Assembly (NCBI GenBank): GCA_963846875.1
Contig: CAWJXT010000019.1
Location: 13,225 to 77,224 of the forward strand
DNA length: 64,000 bases
Origin: an uncultured Alphaproteobacteria bacterium
GTDB taxonomy: Bacteria > Pseudomonadota > Alphaproteobacteria > Rhizobiales > Methyloligellaceae
Direction of reading: 5' to 3'
Shown: one piece after another, positions 28,761 to 41,527 of the stretch
Layout: each line of letters starts with the position of its first letter
Position numbering within the stretch: the first letter of the stretch is position 1
Notes under the pieces: generated by a model
What the model saw: the letters and a program-made list of their open reading frames with translations, nothing else
Databases searched by the model: none
What the model was told of the DNA's origin: nothing
Made by a program: the position numbers and the translations under genes

Positions 28761-29795
28761 TTAGACGAAAACGGTCGGAGCGGCGTGCTCTCCTTGCGCG
28801 AGCCAATCGGGGACCGGCAGCCCCTTCTCACGCAGGAATTTGGGATTGAACAGCCGGCTTTGATAGCGGGTGCCGTAATCGGCGAGGACGGTGACAATGA
28901 TATGATTGGGGCCCATGTCGCGCGCGAGCCTCATCGCACCGGCGACATTGATGCCGCTCGAGCCGCCAAGGCAGAGGCCTTCCTCGCTGAGGAGATCGAA
29001 CAGGATCGGCAGCGCCTCGGCGTCCGGGATCTGATAGGCCTCGTCGATCACGGCGCCTTCCAGATTGGCGGTGATGCGTCCCTGGCCGATGCCCTCGGTA
29101 ATAGAGCTGCCTTCTGCCCTGAGCGCGCCGTGTTTGTAAAAGTTGTAGAGCGCCGCTCCCATCGGATCGGAAAGTGCGATGGTCACACCATTGTTCTTCG
29201 TCTTCAGCCCCATGGAAACGCCCGCGAGCGTCCCTCCCGTGCCGACGGCACAAACAAAACCGTCGACCTTGCCTTGAGTCTCGTCCCAGATCTCTCGCGC
29301 GGTGGTCTCGATATGCCCCTGCCGGTTGGCGATATTATCGAACTGATTGGCCCAGACCGCGCCGTTGGGCTCGGTTACCGCGAGCCTCTCGGCGAGCCGG
29401 CCCGAATACTTCACATAGTTGTTGGGGTCCTTGTAGGGGACCGCCGGAACCTCGATCAGCTCGGCGCCGGTGAGCCGCAGCATCTGCTTCTTCTCGTCGG
29501 ACTGGGTGTCAGGGATGACAATGACGGTCTTCAAGCCCAACGCGTTACCGACAAGCGCAAGCCCGATGCCCGTATTGCCCGCCGTTCCTTCCACCACCGT
29601 GCCGCCCGGCCTGAGCCTGCCCGACTTGAGTGCGTCGCGGATGATGAAAAGGGCAGCCCGGTCCTTCACCGACTGGCCCGGATTCATGAACTCGGCCTTA
29701 CCGAGGATCGTGCAGCCTGTCTCTTCGGAGGCGCGCTTGAGTTTGATCAGCGGCGTGTTACCGATCGCCTCGATGATGCCGTCGCGGATGCGCAC
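28761..29795 (-). CDS. cysK: Cysteine synthase A
   Basis: IGNTPL, KAEFMNPGQSVKDRAA, EGTAGNTG, GTGGT, TEGIG. Confidence 0.92.
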   Translation of the reverse strand: MRIRDGIIEAIGNTPLIKLKRASEETGCTILGKAEFMNPGQSVKDRAALFIIRDALKSGRLRPGGTVVEGTAGNTGIGLALVGNALGLKTVIVIPDTQSDEKKQMLRLTGAELIEVPAVPYKDPNNYVKYSGRLAERLAVTEPNGAVWANQFDNIANRQGHIETTAREIWDETQGKVDGFVCAVGTGGTLAGVSMGLKTKNNGVTIALSDPMGAALYNFYKHGALRAEGSSITEGIGQGRITANLEGAVIDEAYQIPDAEALPILFDLLSEEGLCLGGSSGINVAGAMRLARDMGPNHIIVTVLADYGTRYQSRLFNPKFLREKGLPVPDWLAQGEHAAPTVFV

Positions 29796-30046
29796 GAACG
29801 CAGCCTTTTCCCTGGTTCCGATTCGAGCGGCAACCTACTGAGACCGCCCGGCTGCCGCAAGCCGGGGTTATTTATCGGGCTCTTCGCTGGCATATCCTTC
29901 CACTCTGAAACTGCGGCACTTCCAAAGGAGCCAGAGGGGGTAGGGAGCACTACACTCCAAGCTGCTCCCGAGTCTAGCCGCTTCGGAATCCGCTGTGATA
30001 TAGACGCGGCGGCGCGGGCGGCCCAAATTCCCTCCGATGCCTGATT

Positions 30047-30131
30047 GCGGGCGTGGTGGAACTGGTAGACACGCCAGATTTAGGTTCTGGTGGCTTCGGC
30101 CGTGGGGGTTCAACTCCCTCCGCCCGCACCA
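30047..30131 (+). tRNA. tRNA-Leu(TAG)
   Basis: CCAGA-TTTAGGT-TCTGG; long variable arm; CCA; upstream of tig. Confidence 0.95.
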
Positions 30132-30209
30132 AGCATAAGGCGGCAAGCAACCACTCGTCGCGTTGTACGCGGCTCAAACGAGACACAAGAAGGGAAATCG
30201 AGGGCGGGA

Positions 30210-31634
30210 ATGAACGTGACGGAGACGAATGAAGAGGGTTTGCGCCGTCAATTGACAGTGGTGATCGGCGCGGACGAGCTCGAGCGGCGCCTCTCGGCGC
30301 GCCTTGATGAGCTCAAGGACCGGGTGAAGCTGAAGGGCTTCCGACCAGGTCACGTGCCGAAGGAACATCTCCGGAAGGTGTATGGTCGCTCGGTTATGGC
30401 CGATGTGGTGCAGCAGGCCGTGGCCGAGACGAGCCGGCAAGCCATCACGGAACGGCAGGAGCGCCCCGCCTTCCAGCCGACCATCGCGCTGCCGGAGGAC
30501 GCAGCCGAGATCGCCAAGGTGATCTCCGGCTCAGGCGACCTCGCCTACACCATGTCCTTCGAGGTGCTGCCCAAGTTCGAGGTCATAGATTTCGGCAAGC
30601 TCGAGCTCGAGCGACCGGTGGCGGCCGTTGGCCCCTCTGATATCGATGCTGCGCTTGACCGGCTCCGCGCTGCCAATCTCCACTACGACCCCAAAGCGGG
30701 GCCGGCCAAGCATGGCGACCGACTGACCATCGATTTCGTCGGCAAGATCGACGGCGAGGTATTCAGCGGCGGCAGCGCCGAGGATGCGCAAGTCGTGCTC
30801 GGCGGCGGCAATTTCATTCCGGGCTTCGAGGAAGGGCTTGCCGCGGTCAACGCAGGCGAGGAGCGCACCGTCGATGTAACCTTCCCCGACACCTATCCGG
30901 AGCCGGGCCTTGCCGGCAAGCAGGCGCGGTTCGAGGTCAAGATCAAGGAGGTGGCGGCGTCGCACACGCCGGCTCTCGACGACGACTTCGCCAAGGGCCT
31001 GGGACTGGAGTCCCTCGACCAGCTGCGCGAGACCGTAAATCGGCGGCTGGAGCAGGATCGGGCGGTGGCGTCGCGGCAGAAGCTCAAGCGGACGCTGCTC
31101 GATGCCCTCAGCACCGGCCACGACTTCGAGCTCCCGCCGACCCTCGTCGACAACGAATTCCAGGCCATCTGGCACCAGGTGACGAGCGATCTGGACCGCT
31201 CCAAACGCAGCTTCGAGGATGAAGGCACGACCGAGGAGAAGGCGCGCGCCGAGTATCGCGACATTGCCGCGCGCCGCGTCCGCCTTGGCTTGATCCTGTC
31301 GGAGGTGGGCACGCGCAACAGGATCGAGGTGACCGACGAGGAGGTGAACCGCGCGTTGCTAGAGCGCATCCGTCAATTTCCGGGTCAGGAGCGGAAGGTC
31401 TACGACTATTACCGCCAAAATCCGCGATTGCTGGCCGAACTCCGAGCGCCGCTGTTCGAGGACAAGGTAATCGACTTCATCGCCGAGCTCGCCAAGGTGT
31501 CCGACAAGCCAGTGAGCGCCGAGGAGCTCTACGCCAATGCCGAAGACGAGCCCGGCCACGCCCATCACGACCATCACCATGGTCATGGTGATGACCACCA
31601 TCACCACCACGGCCATGATCATGAAGACCGCTGA
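30210..31634 (+). CDS. tig: Trigger factor with His-rich C-terminal tail
   Basis: GFRPGHVP ribosome-binding loop; FKBP domain FIPGFEEGL; RRVRLGL. Confidence 0.96.
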   Translation: MNVTETNEEGLRRQLTVVIGADELERRLSARLDELKDRVKLKGFRPGHVPKEHLRKVYGRSVMADVVQQAVAETSRQAITERQERPAFQPTIALPEDAAEIAKVISGSGDLAYTMSFEVLPKFEVIDFGKLELERPVAAVGPSDIDAALDRLRAANLHYDPKAGPAKHGDRLTIDFVGKIDGEVFSGGSAEDAQVVLGGGNFIPGFEEGLAAVNAGEERTVDVTFPDTYPEPGLAGKQARFEVKIKEVAASHTPALDDDFAKGLGLESLDQLRETVNRRLEQDRAVASRQKLKRTLLDALSTGHDFELPPTLVDNEFQAIWHQVTSDLDRSKRSFEDEGTTEEKARAEYRDIAARRVRLGLILSEVGTRNRIEVTDEEVNRALLERIRQFPGQERKVYDYYRQNPRLLAELRAPLFEDKVIDFIAELAKVSDKPVSAEELYANAEDEPGHAHHDHHHGHGDDHHHHHGHDHEDR

Positions 31635-31774
31635 CCCGCGAAGGGGCCAAATGGGATCAAGCCTCTTCCGTTTGGGCCCCTGACACCATAAGTAGTTGAT
31701 CCCGAACCCTGGAAGATTCGCCTGGGCCCCGCGTGAAGGGACGAGCCCGGTCCTGTCCAACCCCTAGGAACCCA

Positions 31775-32425
<651 letters not shown>

Positions 32426-32726
32426 CCGCAGCGCCGAACGAAGCTGGGCCAAGGCCGTTAGGCCTATTTGGCAATTGGGAGCCGCCTCGCGCGAGGTCGC
32501 CGACCCCGGCATGGACCCTGTATAAGGCGCAAGGTTGCCTTGGCGCGAAGAGCGAGATTAATCAATCCTTGATCAGTGACACCATAGCATGCTGAGATCG
32601 CCCTTCGGTCAGCTTTTCCCGGAGGACAGGGCTCACTTGCTGGATAAGAGCGAAGCCGGGTTTGGAACGGGCAAAATCAGCCCTCGCGCGCTTTTTCAGG
32701 CGGCGGATTAAAAACTGGATGAGCGA

Positions 32727-33992
32727 ATGAGCAAGGTGAGCGGAAGCGACTCGAAGAATACCCTTTACTGCTCTTTCTGCGGCAAGAGCCAACACGAGGT
32801 GCGCAAGCTTATCGCGGGCCCGACCGTATTCATCTGCGATGAATGCGTCGAACTGTGCATGGACATCATTCGCGAGGAGAACAAATCGAGCCTCGTAAAG
32901 TCCCGCGACGGCGTACCCACACCCATGGAGATCTGTGCGGTCCTCGACGATTATGTGATCGGGCAGGACTACGCCAAACGCGTGCTTTCCGTCGCCGTCC
33001 ACAACCACTACAAGCGGCTCAACCACTCGGCGAAAAACGCCGATGTCGAGCTCGCCAAATCCAACATCCTGCTGATCGGACCCACCGGCTGCGGCAAGAC
33101 ACTGCTCGCGCAGACGCTGGCCCGGATCCTCGACGTGCCCTTCACCATGGCCGACGCCACCACGCTGACGGAGGCGGGGTATGTGGGCGAGGACGTCGAG
33201 AATATCATCCTGAAGCTGCTCCAGGCCGCTGATTACAATGTCGAGCGGGCGCAGCGGGGCATCGTCTATATCGATGAGGTCGACAAGATCAGCCGCAAAT
33301 CCGACAATCCCTCGATCACTCGCGACGTGTCGGGCGAGGGTGTCCAGCAGGCGCTGCTCAAGATCATGGAAGGCACCGTTGCGTCGGTGCCCCCGCAAGG
33401 CGGCCGCAAGCACCCTCAGCAGGAGTTCCTGCAGGTCGACACCACCAATATCCTGTTCGTCTGCGGCGGCGCCTTTGCTGGGCTCGAGAAGATCATCGCG
33501 GCCCGCGGCCGATCGACCTCGATTGGCTTCGGCGCCAAGGTGGAAGCGGTCGATGACCGGCGGACGGGCGACATTCTCAAGGGCGTCGAGCCCGAGGATT
33601 TGCTAAAATTTGGCCTGATCCCAGAATTTATCGGCCGCGTACCGGTGATCGCGACCCTGGACGACCTCGACGAAGAGGCCCTGATGCGCATCCTGACCGA
33701 GCCCAAGAACGCGCTTGTCAGGCAGTATCAACGCCTGTTTGAGATGGAGGACGTGCAACTATCCTTTGCCGACGAGGCCATGCGCACGATCTCCAAGAAG
33801 GCCATTGAGCGGAAGACTGGCGCTCGGGGCCTCCGCTCGATCATGGAGGGCATCCTGCTCGACACCATGTTCGAGCTGCCGAGCCTACGCGGCGTCGAAG
33901 AGGTGGTGATAAGCTCCGAGGTGGTCGAAGGCAAGGCGCGGCCGCTACGCATCTACTCTGATCGGCAAGAGGAGTTGGGGTCGAGCGCTTGA
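32727..33992 (+). CDS. clpX: ATP-dependent Clp protease ATP-binding subunit
   Basis: CSFCGK zinc finger, [11 protein letters not shown] loop. Confidence 0.98.
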   Translation: MSKVSGSDSKNTLYCSFCGKSQHEVRKLIAGPTVFICDECVELCMDIIREENKSSLVKSRDGVPTPMEICAVLDDYVIGQDYAKRVLSVAVHNHYKRLNHSAKNADVELAKSNILLIGPTGCGKTLLAQTLARILDVPFTMADATTLTEAGYVGEDVENIILKLLQAADYNVERAQRGIVYIDEVDKISRKSDNPSITRDVSGEGVQQALLKIMEGTVASVPPQGGRKHPQQEFLQVDTTNILFVCGGAFAGLEKIIAARGRSTSIGFGAKVEAVDDRRTGDILKGVEPEDLLKFGLIPEFIGRVPVIATLDDLDEEALMRILTEPKNALVRQYQRLFEMEDVQLSFADEAMRTISKKAIERKTGARGLRSIMEGILLDTMFELPSLRGVEEVVISSEVVEGKARPLRIYSDRQEELGSSA

Positions 33993-34256
33993 CGTGCGCT
34001 TGGCTCTTTCCCGCTTGCTAGGCCGGGCAAATCCCACTCAAACTTGTGGGAAATCAAGGCTGCGCCTAAAGCTTGCAGCCACCTTGACGCCGACCATCGG
34101 GGTAGCCACCTACGCTAGCTGGCAGGTTAACATGCCACAGCGCTAGCGGGCTCGGTTGCCGGATAATCTTGCGCTCCGGTAGAGCGAGGGTGGGGGTAAG
34201 AAAAAGGTGCAGCGGAGCGCCCCAAGCGCGCCGGCTGGTGAGAAAGCAGGACTGCC

Positions 34257-36684
34257 ATGACCGAAACCAAGCCACACGCGACACAAGAAGGCGCTCCGGA
34301 GATGTATCCGGTCCTGCCGCTCCGCGATATCGTCGTGTTCCCCTACATGATTGTACCCCTGTTCGTGGGCCGCGAGAAATCGATCGCGGCACTCGAGGAG
34401 GTCATGCGCACCGACAAGCAGATCCTGCTTGTGGCCCAGAAGAACGCAAGCGACGACGAGCCGTCGACCGACGGTATCTACGAAATGGGCACGCTCGCGT
34501 CGGTGCTACAGTTGTTGAAGCTGCCGGACGGCACCGTGAAGGTGCTGGTAGAGGGCACCGTGCGGGCCGCCATCAGCCGCTACATCGACAACGAGAACTA
34601 TTTCGAGGCCGAGATTGCCCGCGTCGAGGAGACGGGCGGCGCCGAGGACGAGATCGAGGCGTTGGCCCGCTCGGTTGTGTCCCAATTCGAGAGCTATGTG
34701 AAGCTCAACAAGAAGATCTCGCCCGAAGTGCTGGGCACGGCGAGCCAGATCGAGGACTATTCGAAGCTCGCCGATACAATTGCCTCGCACCTCGCCATCA
34801 AGATCGCCGAGAAGCAGCAGATCCTTGAGATCACTACTGTCTCGGAACGGTTGGAGCGCGTGTTTACACTCATGGAGAGCGAGATCTCCGTGCTGCAGGT
34901 GGAGAAGAAGATCAGGAGCCGCGTCAAGCGTCAGATGGAGAAGACGCAGCGCGAATACTACCTGAACGAGCAAATGAAGGCGATCCAGAAGGAGCTTGGC
35001 GATAGCGAGGAGGGCCGCGACGACCTGTCCGAGATCGAGCAGAAGATCGACAAGACCAAGCTTTCCAAGGAGGCTCGCGAGAAGGCGCTGGGCGAGCTGA
35101 AGAAGCTCCGCCAAATGAGCCCGATGTCGGCTGAAGCCACCGTCGTGCGCAACTACCTCGACTGGCTGCTGTCGATCCCGTGGGGCGTCAAGGGCAAGAT
35201 CAAGCGCGATCTCGACGAGGCGCAGGTGATTCTCGACGAGGACCACTACGGGCTCGAGAAGGTCAAGGACCGCATCGTGGAATATCTCGCCGTGCAGAAC
35301 CGGACCAATATGCTGAAAGGTCCAATCCTCTGCCTGGTGGGCCCTCCCGGGGTGGGCAAGACGTCGCTTGGCAAATCCATGGCGCGCGCCACCGGGCGCG
35401 AATTCGTGCGCATGAGCCTTGGCGGAGTACGCGACGAGGCCGAGATCCGAGGCCATCGGCGCACCTATATCGGGTCCATGCCGGGCAAGGTCATTCAGTC
35501 CATGCGCAAGGCAAAGAAGATTAACCCACTCTTCCTCTTGGACGAGATCGACAAGATGGGCGCCGACTTCCGCGGCGACCCGGCCTCGGCGTTGCTCGAG
35601 GTCCTCGATCCTGAGCAAAATCACACGTTCAACGACCACTACCTGGAGGTGGACTACGACCTCTCCAACGTGATGTTCGTGACAACGGCCAATACTCTCA
35701 ACATCCCGCCGGCCCTGATGGACCGCATGGAGATTATCCGCATCGCGGGCTACACCGAGATCGAGAAAATCGAGATCGCTCGCCGGCACCTGATCCCGGC
35801 CCAGACCAAGGCCCACGGACTCGAGGCCGAGGAGTGGGGCCTCGACGACGATGCGCTGAAGGAGATCATCCGCCGCTATACCCGTGAGGCTGGCGTGCGG
35901 AATCTTGAGCGCGAGATCGCGAAGCTCTCGCGCAAGTCGGTCAAGGAGCTGCTCACGACCAAGAAGAAGTCGATCCGCGTCACCCTCAAGAATCTCGAGG
36001 ATTATTTGGGAGTGCCGAAGTTCCGGTATGGCGAGGCCGAGCTCGAGGACCAGGTGGGCGTGGTCACCGGGCTGGCTTGGACCGAGGTCGGCGGCGAGCT
36101 TCTGACCGTGGAAGGCGTGATGATGCCCGGCAAGGGCAAGATGACCGTCACCGGCAACCTGCGCGACGTCATGAAAGAATCGATTCAGGCCGCCAACGCT
36201 TATGTGCGCTCGCGGGCGGTCGATTTCGGCATCCGGCCGCCGCTCTTCGAAAAAAGGGATATCCACGTCCACGTTCCGGAGGGCGCCACCCCCAAGGACG
36301 GACCCTCCGCCGGCGTTGCCATGGTGACCGCTATCGTCTCGCTGATGACCGGAATCCCGGTTAAGCGCGACGTTGCCATGACCGGCGAGATAACGCTGCG
36401 CGGCCGCGTGCTGCCTATTGGCGGCCTTGAAGGAGAAGCTTCTCGCGGCTCTTCGAGCAGGCATCAAGACGGTGATCATTCCGGACGAAAATGCTAAGGA
36501 TCTCACTGAGATACCGGACGAGCTGAAGAATGCACTCGACATTCGCACGGTGTCGCGCATGGAGGAGGTGCTGAAAATCGCCTTCGAGCGCCAGCCCGAG
36601 CCGATAGCTTGGGAGGAGGAGAGCGAGACGCCGTCGGTCGTTCCGCCGAAGGAAGAGGCCCCGGCGGGCGTCACCGCCCATTAA
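34257..36684 (+). CDS. lon: Lon protease (1-bp frameshift near 36427, probable sequencing error)
   Basis: [17 protein letters not shown]; KEKLLAA.RAG continues in another frame. Confidence 0.95.
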
Positions 36685-36884
36685 CGTCACCCCGCAACTT
36701 CGGTTGCCGTGGATTTGCCCTAATCCCATGGTTCGGCTCGCTTGCCCGAGTCGGACCATTTTTGTTGATTTTCCGGGTTTTTTGGGCCAGTCATACACGA
36801 CTTGTTTGTGAATCGGAGCGTACCAAACGGCCCCGGAGGCATTCCAACCCCACTAGTCGGGGCCGATCGAAAGGATGATGAGCC

Positions 36885-37160
36885 GTGAACAAAGCTGAGC
36901 TGGTCGCCCATGTGGCGAAGGAATCCGATCTGTCGAAGGATGCGGCCGAGAAGGCCGTGGACGCGACGTTCAAGAATATCGAGAAAGCCTTGCGCGGCGG
37001 CGACACTGTGCGCATCGTCGGCTTTGGTAATTTCCAAGTCGCGCAGCGCAAAGCCTCTACCGGCCGCAATCCGCGTACCGGCGCCGAGGTGAAAATCCCG
37101 GCCTCCAACGTGCCGAAGTTCCGGGCAGGTAAGGCTCTCAAGGAAGCCTGCAACAGCTAA
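36885..37160 (+). CDS. hupB: HU DNA-binding protein
   Basis: MNKAELV, GFGNF, GRNPRTG, PKFRAGKALK. Confidence 0.93.
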   Translation: MNKAELVAHVAKESDLSKDAAEKAVDATFKNIEKALRGGDTVRIVGFGNFQVAQRKASTGRNPRTGAEVKIPASNVPKFRAGKALKEACNS

Positions 37161-37274
37161 GCTTGAGAGCCAGTAGCTTTTCGGGGCGGAGCCTTGCTTT
37201 TCTAAAAGTGAGGCTTCGCCTTTATTGCATTTTGGTAGCCAGTGGCAGCGGCTTGCCTTATCGCTCGCGCAAAG

Positions 37275-37350
37275 GGGCGGTTAGCTCAGCTGGTAGAGCG
37301 CCACGTTTACACCGTGGATGTCGGGAGTTCGAGCCTCTCACCGCCCACCA
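37275..37350 (+). tRNA. tRNA-Val(TAC)
   Basis: CCACG-TTTACAC-CGTGG; CCA. Confidence 0.96.
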
Positions 37351-37464
37351 ATCTGGGTCTTGCGCACTCTTGCCATATGGCTTGGGCGCGTTGCCTTGAC
37401 TTGGGGAATCCGAGCCCGTACATCCCAAGGATTGGCTTTGGCCGCTGTCACGCGGCCGGCAAGT

Positions 37465-37541
37465 GGGGGTGTAGCTCAGTTGGTTAGAGCGTCGGCCTGT
37501 CACGCCGAAGGTCGCGGGTTCGAGCCCCGTCACTCCCGCCA
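37465..37541 (+). tRNA. tRNA-Asp(GTC)
   Basis: TCGGC-CTGTCAC-GCCGA; CCA. Confidence 0.96.
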
Positions 37542-37697
37542 GTCCAATGGCGCGATCCTCGATCTCTCGGCGAGCACCTTCATCGCTGGGTCGCGCGGGT
37601 CGCTTTGCCTGCGGCGCCACGCAAGCTTGCCATCAGGGAAGGCCTGCGCTAAGCCACTTTAGGGCTCCGAGAAGAGAGAACGAGCGCTCCACGAGCC

Positions 37698-38063
37698 ATG
37701 CGCCAACTGCTGCAAGCCTATTTGCCCCTAGTCATTTTTGTGGGGCTTGCCTTCATCATCAGCGCCGGCCTCTTGCTCGCTCCCTTCCTCATCGCCGTCC
37801 GCAAGCCCGACCCCGAGAAGGTCTCGACCTACGAATGCGGCTTCGATCCCTTCGACGACGCTCGCATGCGTTTTGACGTCCGCTTCTATCTCGTGTCGCT
37901 GCTGTTCATCATTTTTGACCTCGAAGTCGCCTTCTTGTTCCCCTGGGCCGTGGCGTTCAAGGACATCGGCCCCTTCGGCTTCTGGTCGATGATGGTGTTC
38001 CTCGCCATCCTTACGGTGGGCTTCATCTATGAATGGCGGAAAGGAGCGCTGGAATGGGATTAG
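37698..38063 (+). CDS. nuoA: NADH-quinone oxidoreductase subunit A
   Basis: [30 protein letters not shown]. Confidence 0.97.
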   Translation: MRQLLQAYLPLVIFVGLAFIISAGLLLAPFLIAVRKPDPEKVSTYECGFDPFDDARMRFDVRFYLVSLLFIIFDLEVAFLFPWAVAFKDIGPFGFWSMMVFLAILTVGFIYEWRKGALEWD

Positions 38064-38620
38064 TCCCTGGAGCCGCCTTCGAGGCGCCAAAGAAGGGGCG
38101 TAGCAGGACCCTGATCACGCCGGAACAGGCCCTGCTCAAGCCGCCGTTCTCCGCGGAGCTCGCCGACAAAGGTTTCCTGCTCACCACGGCCGACGACCTG
38201 ATCAACTGGGCCCGCACAGGCTCACTGATGTGGATGACCTTTGGGCTCGCTTGTTGCGCCATCGAGATGATGCAGGCCTCCATGCCCCGCTACGATCTCG
38301 AGCGCTTCGGCTTTGCCCCGCGGGCGAGCCCCAGACAATCCGACGTGATGATCGTGGCCGGCACGCTATGCAACAAAATGGCCCCTGCCTTGCGCAAGGT
38401 CTATGACCAGATGCCCGAGCCCCGCTACGTCATCTCCATGGGTTCCTGCGCCAATGGCGGTGGCTATTATCACTATTCCTATTCCGTGGTACGGGGTTGC
38501 GACCGTATCGTACCTGTGGACATTTACGTCCCAGGCTGCCCGCCGAGCGCCGAGGCGCTGGTCTATGGCGTCCTTCTCTTGCAGAAGAAGATCCGGCGGA
38601 CTGGCACGATCGAACGCTGA
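38054..38620 (+). CDS. nuoB: NADH-quinone oxidoreductase subunit B
   Basis: [32 protein letters not shown]. Confidence 0.97.
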   Translation: MGLVPGAAFEAPKKGRSRTLITPEQALLKPPFSAELADKGFLLTTADDLINWARTGSLMWMTFGLACCAIEMMQASMPRYDLERFGFAPRASPRQSDVMIVAGTLCNKMAPALRKVYDQMPEPRYVISMGSCANGGGYYHYSYSVVRGCDRIVPVDIYVPGCPPSAEALVYGVLLLQKKIRRTGTIER

Positions 38621-38647
38621 CCGGTCCTCATCAATCTAGGATGCTTG

Positions 38648-39286
38648 ATGCAATCAGACTTGAACGAGCTTGGAGTTTATCTTGCCGCCCGCTTGGGCAC
38701 GGCCTTGACTGGTTGGCAGGTGGTGCTGAACGAACTCACCATCGAGGTCGAGCGCGAGAAGCTTGCCGACGTAATAGCATCCCTGCGCGACGATTCCCGC
38801 TGCCGTTTTGGTTGCCTGATCGACATTTGCGGCGCTGACTATCCCGAACGGGAGGGGCGCTTCGACGTCGTCTACCATCTGTTGAGTCCGTGGTTGAACC
38901 AGCGCATCCGCGTGCGCGTCATGACCGACGCGGCGACGCCGGTGCCGAGCATCACTGGCTTGTTTCCCGCAGCCAATTGGTTCGAGCGCGAGGCGTACGA
39001 TCTTTACGGCATCCTCTTCGCCGGCCATCCCGACCTCCGCCGAATCCTCACCGACTACGGCTTTCAGGGTCACCCCTTGCGCAAGGACTTTCCCCTGACC
39101 GGCTTTGTAGAGGTCCGCTATGACGACGAGCTGAAGCGGGTGGTTTATGAGCCGGTGAAGTTGATGCAGGAATACCGTAGCTTCGATTTCCTGAGCCCCT
39201 GGGAGGCGATGGAGTCGGCGATTCCCGGCGACGAGAAGGCGGGACTAGCGCCCGACCAGCCCGGCGACAAGGACAAACCATTATGA
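38648..39286 (+). CDS. nuoC: NADH-quinone oxidoreductase subunit C
   Basis: [27 protein letters not shown]. Confidence 0.96.
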   Translation: MQSDLNELGVYLAARLGTALTGWQVVLNELTIEVEREKLADVIASLRDDSRCRFGCLIDICGADYPEREGRFDVVYHLLSPWLNQRIRVRVMTDAATPVPSITGLFPAANWFEREAYDLYGILFAGHPDLRRILTDYGFQGHPLRKDFPLTGFVEVRYDDELKRVVYEPVKLMQEYRSFDFLSPWEAMESAIPGDEKAGLAPDQPGDKDKPL

Positions 39287-39720
39287 AGTCCTCGCTTAAG
39301 GCCGGGCTCACCCATCGTTTTGCCTACACGGTGCCCAGAGCCAAGACCGTACCGCATCTCTACGCCGAGGCGCGCGAGCTGCAGGAGATGCCAGAGGTCT
39401 TCGCCACCGGCTTCATGGTGGGCCTCATGGAGTGGACCTGTGTGCGACTCCTTGCGCCGCATCTCGACGTAGGCGAGGGGAGTCTCGGCACACACATCGA
39501 TGTTACGCACAAATCCGCCACGCCGCGTGGGATGACCGTCACCGTGGAAGCGGAGTGCGTGGAGGTAAGGGGGCCGCGCGCGCGCTTCAAGCTTCGCGCC
39601 CATGACGGCGTGGATGAGATCGGCGCAGGGACCCACGAGCGCTTCATCGTGAGCTGGAACAGATTCAACTGCGGCATCGCCGCCAAGGTCGCGAAGGCCG
39701 CGGCAAAGGTGGGCGCATGA
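39283..39720 (+). CDS. FlK-like hot-dog thioesterase
   Basis: [44 protein letters not shown]. Confidence 0.88.
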   Translation: MKSSLKAGLTHRFAYTVPRAKTVPHLYAEARELQEMPEVFATGFMVGLMEWTCVRLLAPHLDVGEGSLGTHIDVTHKSATPRGMTVTVEAECVEVRGPRARFKLRAHDGVDEIGAGTHERFIVSWNRFNCGIAAKVAKAAAKVGA

Positions 39721-40925
39721 TGGCCGAAGCCGAGACCGCCGCACCCGAGGCTGAGCACCGCAAGTTTACCATCAATTTTGGGCCGCAACACCCGGCCGCC
39801 CACGGTGTGCTGCGACTCGTGCTCGAGCTCGACGGTGAGGTGGTCGAGCGCGTCGATCCGCATATCGGGCTGCTCCACCGCGGCACCGAGAAGCTGATCG
39901 AGTACAAGACCTATCTCCAGGCGCTGCCCTATTTCGATCGCCTCGATTACGTGGCGCCCATGAACCAGGAGCACGCTTATTCGCTCGCGGTAGAGAAGCT
40001 CTCGGGAGTTACCGTACCGAAGCGCGCGCAGCTCATCCGCGTGCTCTATTCTGAGATCGGCCGACTGCTCTCCCACCTCCTCAACGTGACGACACAAGCC
40101 ATGGATGTAGGCGCGCTCACGCCGCCGCTCTGGGGGTTCGAGGAACGCGAGAAGCTCATGGTGTTCTATGAGCGCGCGAGCGGCAGCCGCATGCACGCCG
40201 CCTTTATCCGTCCAGGCGGCGTGCATCAGGACCTACCGCCGGAGCTCATCGCCGATATCGCCGCGTTTTGCAAACCGTTCCTCAAGGTCGTCGACGACAT
40301 CGAGAGCCTGCTCACTGACAATCGCATCTTCAAACAGCGCAATGTCGATATCGGCGTGGTCACGCTCCAAGATGCCTGGGCCCACGGCTTCTCCGGCGTC
40401 ATGGTGCGCGGCTCCGGCGCCGCCTGGGACTTGCGCAAGTCCCAACCCTATGAGTGCTACGCCGAGCTCGATTTCGACATCCCCGTCGGCAAGCACGGTG
40501 ACTGCTACGACCGCTATCTCGTGCGCATGGAGGAGATGCGCCAGTCGGTGCGCATCATGCAGCAGTGTTGCGGGCAGCTCGCGACCGAGCTTGGGCCGGT
40601 CAATGTCGAGAACCACAAGATGGTGCCACCCAGGCGCGCGGAGATGAAAAGCTCCATGGAGGCGCTCATCCACCACTTCAAGCTTTACACCGAGGGCTAC
40701 CATGTGCCCAAGGGCGAGGTGTATGCCGCGGTCGAGGCGCCCAAGGGCGAGTTCGGCGTCTATCTCGTCTCCGACGGCACCAACCGACCGTATCGCTGCA
40801 AGATCAGGGCGCCGAGCTTCGCCCATTTGCAGGCCATGGACTTCCTCAGTCACGGCCATATGCTCGCCGATGTGTCGGCGATCTTAGGCTCGATCGACAT
40901 CGTGTTTGGCGAGATCGACCGATGA
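39717..40925 (+). CDS. nuoD: NADH-quinone oxidoreductase subunit D
   Basis: [37 protein letters not shown]. Confidence 0.97.
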   Translation: MMAEAETAAPEAEHRKFTINFGPQHPAAHGVLRLVLELDGEVVERVDPHIGLLHRGTEKLIEYKTYLQALPYFDRLDYVAPMNQEHAYSLAVEKLSGVTVPKRAQLIRVLYSEIGRLLSHLLNVTTQAMDVGALTPPLWGFEEREKLMVFYERASGSRMHAAFIRPGGVHQDLPPELIADIAAFCKPFLKVVDDIESLLTDNRIFKQRNVDIGVVTLQDAWAHGFSGVMVRGSGAAWDLRKSQPYECYAELDFDIPVGKHGDCYDRYLVRMEEMRQSVRIMQQCCGQLATELGPVNVENHKMVPPRRAEMKSSMEALIHHFKLYTEGYHVPKGEVYAAVEAPKGEFGVYLVSDGTNRPYRCKIRAPSFAHLQAMDFLSHGHMLADVSAILGSIDIVFGEIDR

Positions 40926-41527
40926 GCGTCCGCCGCCTAGCCAATGAGCAGCCCGAGGCCTTCGCCTTCGCGCCTGAGAACCTGCGTTGGGCAAAGGCGC
41001 AGGTCAAAAAATACCCGGAAGGCCGGCAAGCCTCCGCCGTGATCCCGCTGCTGTGGCGGGCGCAAGAGCAATGCGGCGGCTGGCTCCCCGAGCCAGCGCT
41101 CCGCTACATCGCCGACATGCTGGGGCTCGCCTATATCCGCATCTACGAGATCGCAACCTTCTACACCATGTTCAATCTCGCACCGGTCGGCCGTCACTAC
41201 GTGCAGATCTGTGGCACGACACCCTGCTGGCTGCGCGGCGCCGAGGAGCTCAAATCCGTCTGCCGCAAGCTGATCGGCGAGCCGGGCCACGTGACGGAGG
41301 ATAGACTCTTCTCCTGGACTGAAGTCGAATGCTTGGGCGCTTGCGTCAATGCGCCGATGGTGCAGATCAACAGGGATTACTACGAGGATTTGACGCCCTC
41401 GAGTCTCGAGCGGGTCCTGGGCGATTTGCGGGATGGCCGAGAGGTCAAACCGGGTCCTCAGGATGGACGGCACTCCTCGGAGCCCTTCAGCGGGCCGAAG
41501 ACGCTTCTCAGCGTTGAGCCGAAGTGA
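40922..41527 (+). CDS. nuoE: NADH-quinone oxidoreductase subunit E
   Basis: ATFYTMF, CGTTPC, ECLGAC. Confidence 0.96.
   Translation: MSVRRLANEQPEAFAFAPENLRWAKAQVKKYPEGRQASAVIPLLWRAQEQCGGWLPEPALRYIADMLGLAYIRIYEIATFYTMFNLAPVGRHYVQICGTTPCWLRGAEELKSVCRKLIGEPGHVTEDRLFSWTEVECLGACVNAPMVQINRDYYEDLTPSSLERVLGDLRDGREVKPGPQDGRHSSEPFSGPKTLLSVEPK

Noticed and set aside
32558-32572. CtrA-like site TTAA-N7-TTGA upstream of clpX
   Set aside because: One half-site is mismatched, so a chance match is plausible.
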